Of a DNA stretch of 12,091 nucleotides, positions 1 through 7,521 are shown piece by piece (position 1 is the stretch's first letter; each line of letters begins with the position of its first letter). The position numbers and the translations under genes are program-made. Location of the stretch: assembly GCA_039802265.1 (NCBI GenBank), contig JBDRWI010000066.1:1-12091 (forward strand), given 5' to 3'. Under the pieces are notes generated by a model. That model was not told the DNA's origin and searched no databases. It was given only the letters and a program-made list of their open reading frames with translations. The DNA is from a candidate division WOR-3 bacterium (GTDB taxonomy: Bacteria; Hydrothermota; Tepidihabitantia; SM23-42; JAOAFX01).

Positions 1-2
1 TT

Positions 3-341
3 ACGGTCTTTATTGCCGCACTTGTAGCCTTGATTGCCCTTTTTATAAAACCAACCGACCTTGACCCGAGATTCGGACTGGGTGCAGGTGCATTGTTTGC
101 TGCGGTTGCAAGTCAGGTTGTAATTGCATCTTTACTGCCTGATACAAATATTATGACGCTGACTGATAAACTTCATATCATTTCCATTTTCTTTATTTTT
201 CTGTCAATTGCAGAATCCATTGTTTCTTTGAAATTATTTACAAGTGGCAAAGAAGATACGTCAAGGCGTCTGGATAGAATATGCTTCTACATATTCCTTG
301 TGGTGTACGCAATCTTGAATTTATTAATTATTTTTTCTTAG
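3..341 (+). CDS. Partial (5'-truncated) prokaryotic pentameric ligand-gated ion channel (ELIC/GLIC-like), transmembrane domain M1-M4
   Basis: Frame is open from the window edge (TVFIAALVALIALFIKP...). Four hydrophobic helices with the pLGIC pattern: M2 begins at a conserved Arg (DPRFGLGAGALFAAVASQ), followed by the M2-M3 loop LP...MTLTD and M4 preceded by RRLDR. Confidence 0.8.
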   Translation, partial: TVFIAALVALIALFIKPTDLDPRFGLGAGALFAAVASQVVIASLLPDTNIMTLTDKLHIISIFFIFLSIAESIVSLKLFTSGKEDTSRRLDRICFYIFLVVYAILNLLIIFS

Positions 342-373
342 TACTCAATAAAGCTTAATGACTTAGTTCTTTT

Positions 374-1795
374 TTACTTCACTTTAATAATAGTAATTCT
401 CTTGCGGTTGATTATCTCTTCAATAAAATAAACTCCGTTAGGTAGTTCTGCTCCGAGCCTAATGCCCTTTTCTTTTCCAAGATACCTTCCTGAAATATCA
501 AAGATATTAAAAAATTCTTGTTCATATCCTGATACCACTGTATAATCAGAAAAGGGATTGGGGATAGCCTTTATCTTTCTCGCCACTCTCTGATTTTTAA
601 ATTCTCTTTCTTCTATTTTAGCATTACCTGTTGGATTTCGCTTGTAGTAAATCTCCCGATTACCATCCCGCTCATCAGTCCAGACGATATGGACTTTATC
701 TCCCCAAACAGCGACTGAGGGATAGAAAGATGGCGAAGGGTCAGAGGTCAACCCTGTATCAGGACTCCAGTTTCTGCCATCGTCAAAAGAATTTTTGTAG
801 TATATCTCGTAATTACCATCCCGCTGGTCCTGCCAGACAAGATGGAGATGATTACCGGCAACTGCGATGGATGGGTGTGAAGATTCACCGGGTGAATCAG
901 TCAATCTTATATCACCGCTCCAGGTATTGCCACAGTCAGTAGAACGCTTATAATAAATTTCCCAATCACCATCCCGATTATCAAACCAAGCAATGTGGAC
1001 TGATGCACTACTTGCGCCAATCGTGGGCATATATGAGTTTGCACCGTCACTGGTAAGCCTTGTATCAGGTCCCCAGTTCAAACCAAAATTCGTTGAGCGT
1101 TTGAAATATATTTCAGGATTACCGTCACGCCAATCAGTCCATACAACATATACCATAGAATCTGATGCGGCGATTGATGGCGGACCTGATTGGCCTGGAT
1201 GAACAGTCAATCGCTGTTCCGGTTCCCAGTGGGTACCATTATCTGTTGACCTTTTATAAAAAATATCCCAGTTAAGTTGTGCACCATCCCATTTAAAGTC
1301 ATGCCAGGTAATATGTATGAACTGACCTGCCGTAGCAATGGATGCCCAGGAATCGTTCTCAACCATGAAATTATCCCGGGTAAGCATGGTATCAGGTAAC
1401 CAGTCTGTTCCACCATTTGTAGAACGTTTGTAAAATATTTCATCATCATTTCCGCGTAGATAATCACACCAAACAATATGAACTCCGCCTGAACTTGATA
1501 CAGCAAGCGAAACTACGGGCGGACCTGGATATACTGCAGGGGTATCAACAATCACGGTCTCGGGTTCCCAGGAAATACCACCATTTATTGAGCGTTGGTA
1601 GTATATTTTATCACCACCTTCTCGGTAATCAAAATAAACGATATGGACTGTATCATTTTTAGCACCAATACACCAGCCACTGTTGGGTGAAGTCTGGGAA
1701 ACACTCCCATCAAAGGTGAGCCTGTGGTCGGGTTCCCAATCAGCAAAAAGCATTGTTATAAAAACAACAGCAAAGTACAGAAATCTATTTATCAT
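374..1795 (-). CDS. Secreted BNR/Asp-box repeat beta-propeller protein with T9SS type-A-like CTD
   Basis: Start moved to ATG 1795 because of SD AAAGGAGG at 1807-1800 and signal peptide MINRFLYFAVVFITMLFA. Six SxxxGxxW Asp-boxes lie in ~51-aa repeats. C-terminus has PNPF...IFDISGR...LPNGVYFI...IIKVK. Confidence 0.85.
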   Translation of the reverse strand: MINRFLYFAVVFITMLFADWEPDHRLTFDGSVSQTSPNSGWCIGAKNDTVHIVYFDYREGGDKIYYQRSINGGISWEPETVIVDTPAVYPGPPVVSLAVSSSGGVHIVWCDYLRGNDDEIFYKRSTNGGTDWLPDTMLTRDNFMVENDSWASIATAGQFIHITWHDFKWDGAQLNWDIFYKRSTDNGTHWEPEQRLTVHPGQSGPPSIAASDSMVYVVWTDWRDGNPEIYFKRSTNFGLNWGPDTRLTSDGANSYMPTIGASSASVHIAWFDNRDGDWEIYYKRSTDCGNTWSGDIRLTDSPGESSHPSIAVAGNHLHLVWQDQRDGNYEIYYKNSFDDGRNWSPDTGLTSDPSPSFYPSVAVWGDKVHIVWTDERDGNREIYYKRNPTGNAKIEEREFKNQRVARKIKAIPNPFSDYTVVSGYEQEFFNIFDISGRYLGKEKGIRLGAELPNGVYFIEEIINRKRITIIKVK

Positions 1796-1866
1796 AAAAC
1801 CTCCTTTCTTACAATAATAACTCAATTTTCAAACAGATATAAGTTAAAGGCTTATCTCATAATAAT

Positions 1867-1894
1867 ATATTATTCAATATTCTTGTTTTGGCAA
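1867..1894 (-). promoter_or_regulatory. Possible sigma70 promoter for the 374-1795 gene
   Basis: TTGCCA (1894-1889), 16-nt spacer, TAATAT (1872-1867). Weak match in very AT-rich DNA. Confidence 0.35.
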
Positions 1895-1981
1895 TAGAAT
1901 AAATATAATACCTGAGTCTGCTCAAGTTTTCACTGAATGCTCTCTTTAGTTTCAATAAATCTTTAGAAATTTAGCCAAACT

Positions 1982-2035
1982 GCAGTGACAGACCATGGTC
2001 TGAGTCAGAACTCGTAGTGGCAGACCTTGGTCTGC
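1982..2035 (+). repeat. Two tandem REP-like palindromes
   Basis: GCAG-TGA-CAGACCATGGTCTG (1982-2002) and GTAG-TG-GCAGACC-TT-GGTCTGC (2014-2035): a G(T/C)AG foot followed by a hairpin. Confidence 0.7.
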
Positions 2036-2177
2036 AAATCTTTAAAAGCTGAGTAACTCGGACACTACATTTATAATCAATCGGCAGTTTAAGAACTAAA
2101 AATAATTTAAACAAGATTGGAAAATATCCAGCATAAATACTTGAATTTATGAAAGATTTATAATTCAAGATACGCAC

Positions 2178-2205
2178 TTGATTTTTTTACGTAATCTTAT
2201 ATAAT
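2178..2205 (+). promoter_or_regulatory. Putative sigma70 promoter for the 2253-3848 gene
   Basis: TTGATT (2178-2183), 16-nt spacer, TATAAT (2200-2205). Confidence 0.55.
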
Positions 2206-2252
2206 TAAGCACAAAAGGTTTGTTTTTCTTTATTATAAAAATAGGGGGTTTT

Positions 2253-3848
2253 ATGAAAAATGCTATTCTTTTCTTTTTTGGTGTCTGTTGTTTATCTTTC
2301 AGTCAAGGTTTTCTCAATATCAAGGTAAATACCGATAACACAACCCAGATTCAGAATGAGCAGCAGATTGTAATAAATCCTATTGATACATTAAATCTTG
2401 TCGCGGACTGGCGTGATTTTCGCGTCGGATACCGTCAGGTTGGCCATGCGGCATCCCTGGATGGTGGCAGGACCTGGATTGCCGAAACCCTTTTTGTTGA
2501 GCCGACCTATAACTGGGATTCAGACCCTGGGATGACCGTGGATGCTGATGGTAACTTTTATGCTATCGTGCTATCTTTTAATTCAACTTCCCAGCCTAAT
2601 GGATTTTTTCTATTTCAGTCAACGGATAAAGGAATTACTTGGAGTCCGCCCAGAACCGTTGTGAATAATGTCCAGAATGTCTTTGAAGATAAAGAATTGA
2701 TTGCCTGTGATAGAACAAACAGTCCATATCGTGACAATCTTTATGTTGCCTGGGCAAGATTCCTTAACTTTTCCACACCTGCGATATATTTCACACGCTC
2801 CACAAATCAGGGTTTTAATTGGTCAACACCGATTCAAATCAGTGATACCCAGGGGAGCCTTCAATGGCCAGTGCCGGCAGTCGGTCCTAATGGTGAGGTT
2901 TATGTCGCCTGGTGCACATATAACTCAATAAAGTTTGATCGCTCTACAAACGGTGGTATATCATTTGGAACCGATAAAACCGTCCAGAGCATTTCTTCAA
3001 TGAATCGCTATGTAAAGGGAACAATACTTACTTTTTCCTATCCGGCAATGGATGTGGATATTACCAATGGTCCGTATCGTGGTTATATTTATATCGCTTA
3101 TATGGATAATGGAACCGATGGTTATCCGGATATGTTCTTCACCCGTTCCACGGATGGTGGAAATACCTGGAGCCCAAGGGTAAGAATAAATGATGACCCT
3201 GTGGGCAATAACATTGATCAATTCCATCCCTGGCTCACGGTTGACCGCACCGGCTGCATTTCAGTGATTTTTTACGATTCAAGGAATGACCCGAATAATA
3301 TACTCTGTGATGTATATCTTGCACAATCAACTGATGGCGGAACTACCTGGCTTCCCAATGTCCGTGTGACCAATGTCTCTTTTGATTTAAGGGCAGGTTC
3401 ATTTGCAGATTTTGAACCTTATGATCCAAATAAGCCTCTTGTTGACCAGCGGGCAGGTTTGATTGGTGAATATAATGGTCTGGCAGCAGCATCAAAAGGA
3501 AATCCAATACCGATCTGGACCGATACCAGAAACGGGAATCAAGATACCTATGTCGGTGTAGTGCAGAATGTTGGACTTGAGGAATATTACAGAATGCAGA
3601 AAAAAATTCTATTTTCAATCAAACCAAATCCTGCTACAAAAAATATCTCGCTGGAATTTAATTTAATAGAATCCAGAACAATCACCTTCAATATTTACAA
3701 TTCCGCAGGTCAAATTGTAAAAAGTATTAATGAGGGGAATTTGAAATCAGGTAATCATAAGATAGATTTAGACCTTTCCCTATTTTCAGAAGGTGTATAT
3801 TTCGTTAAAGGAGAAGGTATTAACGGAAAATTTACCTTAATACGATAA
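2253..3848 (+). CDS. Secreted sialidase-fold (BNR/Asp-box) protein with T9SS type-A-like CTD
   Basis: SD AGGGGG precedes ATG 2253, with signal peptide MKNAILFFFGVCCLSFS. Six Asp-boxes (SLDGGRTW, STDKGITW, STNQGFNW, STNGGISF, STDGGNTW, STDGGTTW). CTD has PNPA...IYNSAGQIV...GVYFVK...KFTLIR. Sialidase activity itself is not demonstrated. Confidence 0.85.
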   Translation: MKNAILFFFGVCCLSFSQGFLNIKVNTDNTTQIQNEQQIVINPIDTLNLVADWRDFRVGYRQVGHAASLDGGRTWIAETLFVEPTYNWDSDPGMTVDADGNFYAIVLSFNSTSQPNGFFLFQSTDKGITWSPPRTVVNNVQNVFEDKELIACDRTNSPYRDNLYVAWARFLNFSTPAIYFTRSTNQGFNWSTPIQISDTQGSLQWPVPAVGPNGEVYVAWCTYNSIKFDRSTNGGISFGTDKTVQSISSMNRYVKGTILTFSYPAMDVDITNGPYRGYIYIAYMDNGTDGYPDMFFTRSTDGGNTWSPRVRINDDPVGNNIDQFHPWLTVDRTGCISVIFYDSRNDPNNILCDVYLAQSTDGGTTWLPNVRVTNVSFDLRAGSFADFEPYDPNKPLVDQRAGLIGEYNGLAAASKGNPIPIWTDTRNGNQDTYVGVVQNVGLEEYYRMQKKILFSIKPNPATKNISLEFNLIESRTITFNIYNSAGQIVKSINEGNLKSGNHKIDLDLSLFSEGVYFVKGEGINGKFTLIR

Positions 3849-3851
3849 AAA

Positions 3852-3879
3852 TTGACAAGTATTTTTTTATAAATATAAT
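3852..3879 (+). promoter_or_regulatory. sigma70 promoter of apt operon
   Basis: Perfect TTGACA (3852-3857), 16-nt spacer, perfect TATAAT (3874-3879). SD AAGGGGG precedes ATG 3898. Confidence 0.8.
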
Positions 3880-3897
3880 CACTCACAAGGGGGTTTA

Positions 3898-4410
3898 ATG
3901 GACTTAAAGAAATTTATTCGGGATATTCCTGATTTTCCCCAGAAAGGGGTAATGTTTCGTGATATAACAACGATTTTGAAAAATCCCGAGGCATTTAAAT
4001 TTTCAATAGACACGATCGTCAATAAGTATAAAAGCGCAAAGATCGATAAAGTTGTCTCAATTGAGGCACGGGGTTATATCTTTGGTGGTGCAATTGCCTA
4101 TAATCTTGGCTGTGGACTTGTTCCGGTGCGTAAACTTGGAAAACTGCCAGCAGAAACAGTCAAAATGGAGTATGAATTGGAATACGGCAAAAATGTCATT
4201 GAAATTCATAAAGACGGACTTGAAAAGGGAGAACGGGTTTTGTTATTTGATGATGTCTTAGCAACTGGTGGCACAATGCTTGCGGCATGCAAACTTGTTG
4301 AGATGCTCGGTGGAAAAGTAGTTGCCTGTGCCTTTATTGCGAATCTCACTTATTTAAACGGTAGAGAGAAATTAAAAGATTACGAAGTCTTTTCACTCGT
4401 TGAATATTAG
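3898..4410 (+). CDS. apt: Adenine phosphoribosyltransferase
   Basis: 170 aa with IRDIPDFPQKGVMFRDITT, EARG, VRKLGKLP, YELEYG and the PRPP-binding motif DDVLATGGT. Confidence 0.98.
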   Translation: MDLKKFIRDIPDFPQKGVMFRDITTILKNPEAFKFSIDTIVNKYKSAKIDKVVSIEARGYIFGGAIAYNLGCGLVPVRKLGKLPAETVKMEYELEYGKNVIEIHKDGLEKGERVLLFDDVLATGGTMLAACKLVEMLGGKVVACAFIANLTYLNGREKLKDYEVFSLVEY

Positions 4411-4418
4411 GAGTTATT

Positions 4419-5585
4419 ATGAAAAAAATTATTTTTAGTTTAGTTGTTCTTCTCGTTATACTTACCAGACCCGTTTTTGCCCAATATCCAGATTATGATA
4501 CCACTGGACCTTTCCCAACAGTTTCTTATAGGACCGAAAATATTCCGGGTGTTTATGAGACAATGAGTAATTCCCGGATTTACTATCCATCATCTGGAAA
4601 TCAAGTGAATCCCGATGCTGTGCCCTGTCCGATTATTGTCTTTGGACACGGATTCCAGATGGGAATTGACCGTTATTACAGTTATGCCCAACATTTAGCA
4701 TCCTGGGGATATATTGTGGTGCTGCCAACAATTTCCAATCCATTCCCCACACCTGAACACTATACCCGTGCCCATTCAATGATGGATGCGGCACGCTGGA
4801 CTGCAAGCAGGGATACAGTGCCAACCGATATTTTTTACAACAAACTTGCACGATTCAAATGGGGATTCACCGGACATAGTATGGGTGGTGGTCTTGCATG
4901 CCTTGCTGCTGACACATTCAGATTGACTGATACATTAAAAGCGATAGTAGCTTTAGCAAGTCCCCAGACCACGCCCGCAACCCATTCTCAACACCTGATA
5001 ACACCAAAGATGATTATCGCGGGTTCAATTGATAATATCGCACCCTGGAATGATGTCCGTTCTGCCTACTGGCAGAATGCACCCGCACCTGGAACATTTG
5101 CAGTAATTCTTGGTGCCAATCACGGATATTTTATGGACTATTCATATTCCTGGGAAAATGGGGGAACCGCAACCATAACCCGTGCTGAACAGCAGAGAAT
5201 TGCCCGCAGGCATATGACTGCATTCTTCCAGCGTTATTTAAGAAATGATACTACGGCGTGGAACTATCATTATTGTTTTGGTGATTCAATAAAAGGTCAC
5301 CCGACAATGGATACGGTTGAAGTCAGATATGGTGGGGTCGGAATGGGTGAAGCGAAAACGATAAATGATACAAAATCTGATATATCAATTTATCCCAATC
5401 CATTTACTAAATCCTTGAGAATTTCGGGAAAAACTTGTTCCGCAGAGATTTTTGATATTACCGGGAAAAAGATTGCGGAGATAAAAATTCCCGGAACCTG
5501 GCAGACGGATAGAACTCTAAATGCCGGTGTCTATTTTATAAAAACCCCTGATAACAGAACGAAAAGGGTAGTGTTTCTTAAATAA
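4419..5585 (+). CDS. Secreted alpha/beta-hydrolase (cutinase/PETase/chlorophyllase-like) with T9SS type-A-like CTD
   Basis: Signal peptide ending PVFA; motifs GPF, IYYPS and HGF...LASWGYIV. Nucleophile elbow GHSMGGG (Ser154), GSIDNIAP (Asp205), GANH (His235). CTD has IYPNPF...IFDITGKKI...GVYFIK. SD AGGAG overlaps the apt stop codon. Confidence 0.88.
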   Translation: MKKIIFSLVVLLVILTRPVFAQYPDYDTTGPFPTVSYRTENIPGVYETMSNSRIYYPSSGNQVNPDAVPCPIIVFGHGFQMGIDRYYSYAQHLASWGYIVVLPTISNPFPTPEHYTRAHSMMDAARWTASRDTVPTDIFYNKLARFKWGFTGHSMGGGLACLAADTFRLTDTLKAIVALASPQTTPATHSQHLITPKMIIAGSIDNIAPWNDVRSAYWQNAPAPGTFAVILGANHGYFMDYSYSWENGGTATITRAEQQRIARRHMTAFFQRYLRNDTTAWNYHYCFGDSIKGHPTMDTVEVRYGGVGMGEAKTINDTKSDISIYPNPFTKSLRISGKTCSAEIFDITGKKIAEIKIPGTWQTDRTLNAGVYFIKTPDNRTKRVVFLK

Positions 5586-5622
5586 TTACTAAAATTTTTG
5601 GGTCTGTTCGGAATATAGGTCA

Positions 5623-5861
5623 CTAAATGTAGGGCAAACCTTTAGGTTTGCGTTGATTTCATTGCAAGGCGAACCTCTGGTTCTGAAAGAACCATCGGTT
5701 CTTGAAGAAAATCTTGTCCTACATTCGGTGGTTAAAAACTTCTTGCAAGGCTGAAGCCTTGCCCTACATTGGTTGCTGCCCCTACCATCAATTTTTTCCT
5801 GTAGTGGTCGAGCTTGCTCGACAATCTACACCTAAATGTAGGGCAAACCTTCAGGTTTGCG
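5623..5861. repeat. Cluster of REP-like (GTAG-footed) palindromes, BIME/REPIN-like
   Basis: + GTAGGGCAAACCTTTAGGTTTGC 5629-5651; - interrupted copy 5664-5722; - GTAGGGCAAGGCTTCAGCCTTGC 5767-5745; - partial 5785-5771; + GTAGTGGTCGAGCTTGCTCGAC 5801-5822; + GTAGGGCAAACCTTCAGGTTTGC 5838-5860. Lies between convergent genes. Confidence 0.85.
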
Positions 5862-5965
5862 ATTAGCTCTTAAAATACCTTTTTACACCCAGGTCATAGA
5901 TTTATCATTTTTACAATTGTTGAAATGATAAAATGAGAGTCAGAAAAATCCATTGAGAATTCCTT

Positions 5966-7474
5966 TTATCTCACGATCAACAACTTCTCTGTTTTTGACT
6001 CACGCTCGCCTTCAAGAATTAAGAAGTAAATGCCAGAAGTGAGATTAGAAAGATTGAGATTGCAGGAATAGAGACCGGGCTCAAGAGTACCTTCTTCAAT
6101 CGTTTTGAGATTCCTGCCGATTATGTCGTATAGATCTAAGCGAATGCCTTGTCTTACAGGAATCGCAAATTGAATTTCAGCATTATCCCTGACCACACTC
6201 GGCAAAATCATCAATTTTAATCTTTTATCTTTGACCTTTAACATTTCGCCTTCTTCAACCCCTGCATACGGTGCATAGTCAAAATAGATATACATCGGGT
6301 CATAGTCACCACTAATCCAGACATTCCAGAGGGGATCAATATTCCTCACCATATCAATCGCATAAATATAATAAACCCGATATCTTAATGTATCAATCCG
6401 CTTTGCGAGCTGAGGGAGGCCGGGACGATTGATTAATGACTGAGTACAGTTAATGGGTGTTCCCCAAGTTTGTCCGCCATCTGAGGACCAAACAACATAA
6501 AAATCCCACCAATTAAGCGAACCGGATTCGTTATTCCTCGGCATACAATATAAAACTGCTATAAGATTCCCGCCAGTTGCAATTGTCGGATAAACACATT
6601 CAGTGTCTGGTGCGCCAAAGGTAGAGGAAACTTCAACGCAGGGTAGGCCAGAAGCATAGGAGACATAGACCTTACTATGAAAAGGGTAGATGCCACTGTT
6701 ATACTCATCGCCGTTCCAATTGTCAAAAACCAAGAGGGGGCTGCCAGCGTCAGTGATAGCCATTTGCGTCCAGCCTATAATGTTGTTCAAGTAGGGATTT
6801 GGCCAGACTACCGTCCAATTCTGCGGTGGAGTCCAATTAATACCATCGGCTGTGGTGCGGTAATAAATATTTAGTAAGGTATCAAAATAGAAAACATAGG
6901 CAGTGCCATTATTCAAATCAGCACCCCAGAAGTAACAAGCCCTCGCTATCGTCCCATGGCTTACTTCAGTCTGTAAATCGGGTGTGCGCGTGCGGTAGAT
7001 AATACTATCAAATGTTAGGGTAATAAAAAGAATATTCCCATCCTGAAGTTGCAAGGGAATGTTCAAAGATGCATGTGCGGTATCAGGGCCAAGGTTTACA
7101 GGGTCTTCCCAATTCCCATTAAACCAACCAAAACAGCGTTGGGCAACCATCTTTGTCGTGTGAGTGGTAAAACCGATATAGGGGTATGTTGAAGCGAGGG
7201 TATTTATTGTCCATTGTGGTATACCAAATTCAAGGTTGTAGATATGTTCATCATGAATCCAGTATGAAAGGTTGCCGTGCGCGGAATGAACATCTATAGA
7301 ATGTTCGAAGCTATGAAGGGCTATCAAGATTGCATCAACTGATGGACCGTAGGAAATTGTATGACCCACTTGGGGCCAGAGAGCAGTCCCCCAAACTGAG
7401 TCTATAATTGTTCCACTAAAGCCAAATCCAAAAAGGAAGATAAAAGAGGTAAAAATTACAGAAAATTTTCGCAT
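5966..7474 (-). CDS. Secreted protein with probable beta-propeller and T9SS type-A-like CTD
   Basis: Signal peptide MRKFSVIFTSFIFLFGFGFSG; Asp-box-like TADGINW and SSDGGQTW. GVEE linker, then LYDIIGR...LTSGIYFLIL...EKLLIVR. SD AAGGGG lies 5 nt before the ATG. Confidence 0.85.
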   Translation of the reverse strand: MRKFSVIFTSFIFLFGFGFSGTIIDSVWGTALWPQVGHTISYGPSVDAILIALHSFEHSIDVHSAHGNLSYWIHDEHIYNLEFGIPQWTINTLASTYPYIGFTTHTTKMVAQRCFGWFNGNWEDPVNLGPDTAHASLNIPLQLQDGNILFITLTFDSIIYRTRTPDLQTEVSHGTIARACYFWGADLNNGTAYVFYFDTLLNIYYRTTADGINWTPPQNWTVVWPNPYLNNIIGWTQMAITDAGSPLLVFDNWNGDEYNSGIYPFHSKVYVSYASGLPCVEVSSTFGAPDTECVYPTIATGGNLIAVLYCMPRNNESGSLNWWDFYVVWSSDGGQTWGTPINCTQSLINRPGLPQLAKRIDTLRYRVYYIYAIDMVRNIDPLWNVWISGDYDPMYIYFDYAPYAGVEEGEMLKVKDKRLKLMILPSVVRDNAEIQFAIPVRQGIRLDLYDIIGRNLKTIEEGTLEPGLYSCNLNLSNLTSGIYFLILEGERESKTEKLLIVR

Positions 7475-7476
7475 AT

Positions 7477-7521
7477 AAGCCCCTTTTTGTAGGGGCCTTC
7501 CTCCAAAGGGAGGAGGCCCCT
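7477..7521 (-). promoter_or_regulatory. Intercistronic GC-rich stem-loop with an alternative SD-sequestering pairing
   Basis: mRNA AGGGGCC-UCCUCC-CUUU-GGAGGA-A-GGCCCCU (7521-7491), with no U-tract after it. Its 3' arm can instead pair with the SD region AGGGGCUU (7484-7477). Confidence 0.6.

Noticed and set aside
631..1506. Short ORFs 631-942, 993-1202 and 1207-1506
   Set aside because: They are antisense or alternate-frame shadows of a well-supported repeat-protein gene and have no recognisable motifs.
1971..2177. 68-aa ORF on the - strand in the divergent intergenic region
   Set aside because: It has no clear SD, runs through REP palindromes and promoter DNA, and shows no protein-like features.
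5629..5700. c-di-GMP-I (GEMM) riboswitch suggested by GGGCAAACC and a nearby GAAA, given the GGDEF gene in the window
   Set aside because: GCAAACC pairs locally with GGTTTGC as a REP stem, the second GEMM hairpin is not evident, and the site lies between convergent 3' ends.
5623..5861. CRISPR array
   Set aside because: The repeats are in mixed orientations, of several sequence types and irregularly spaced, and no cas genes are present. REP architecture fits better.
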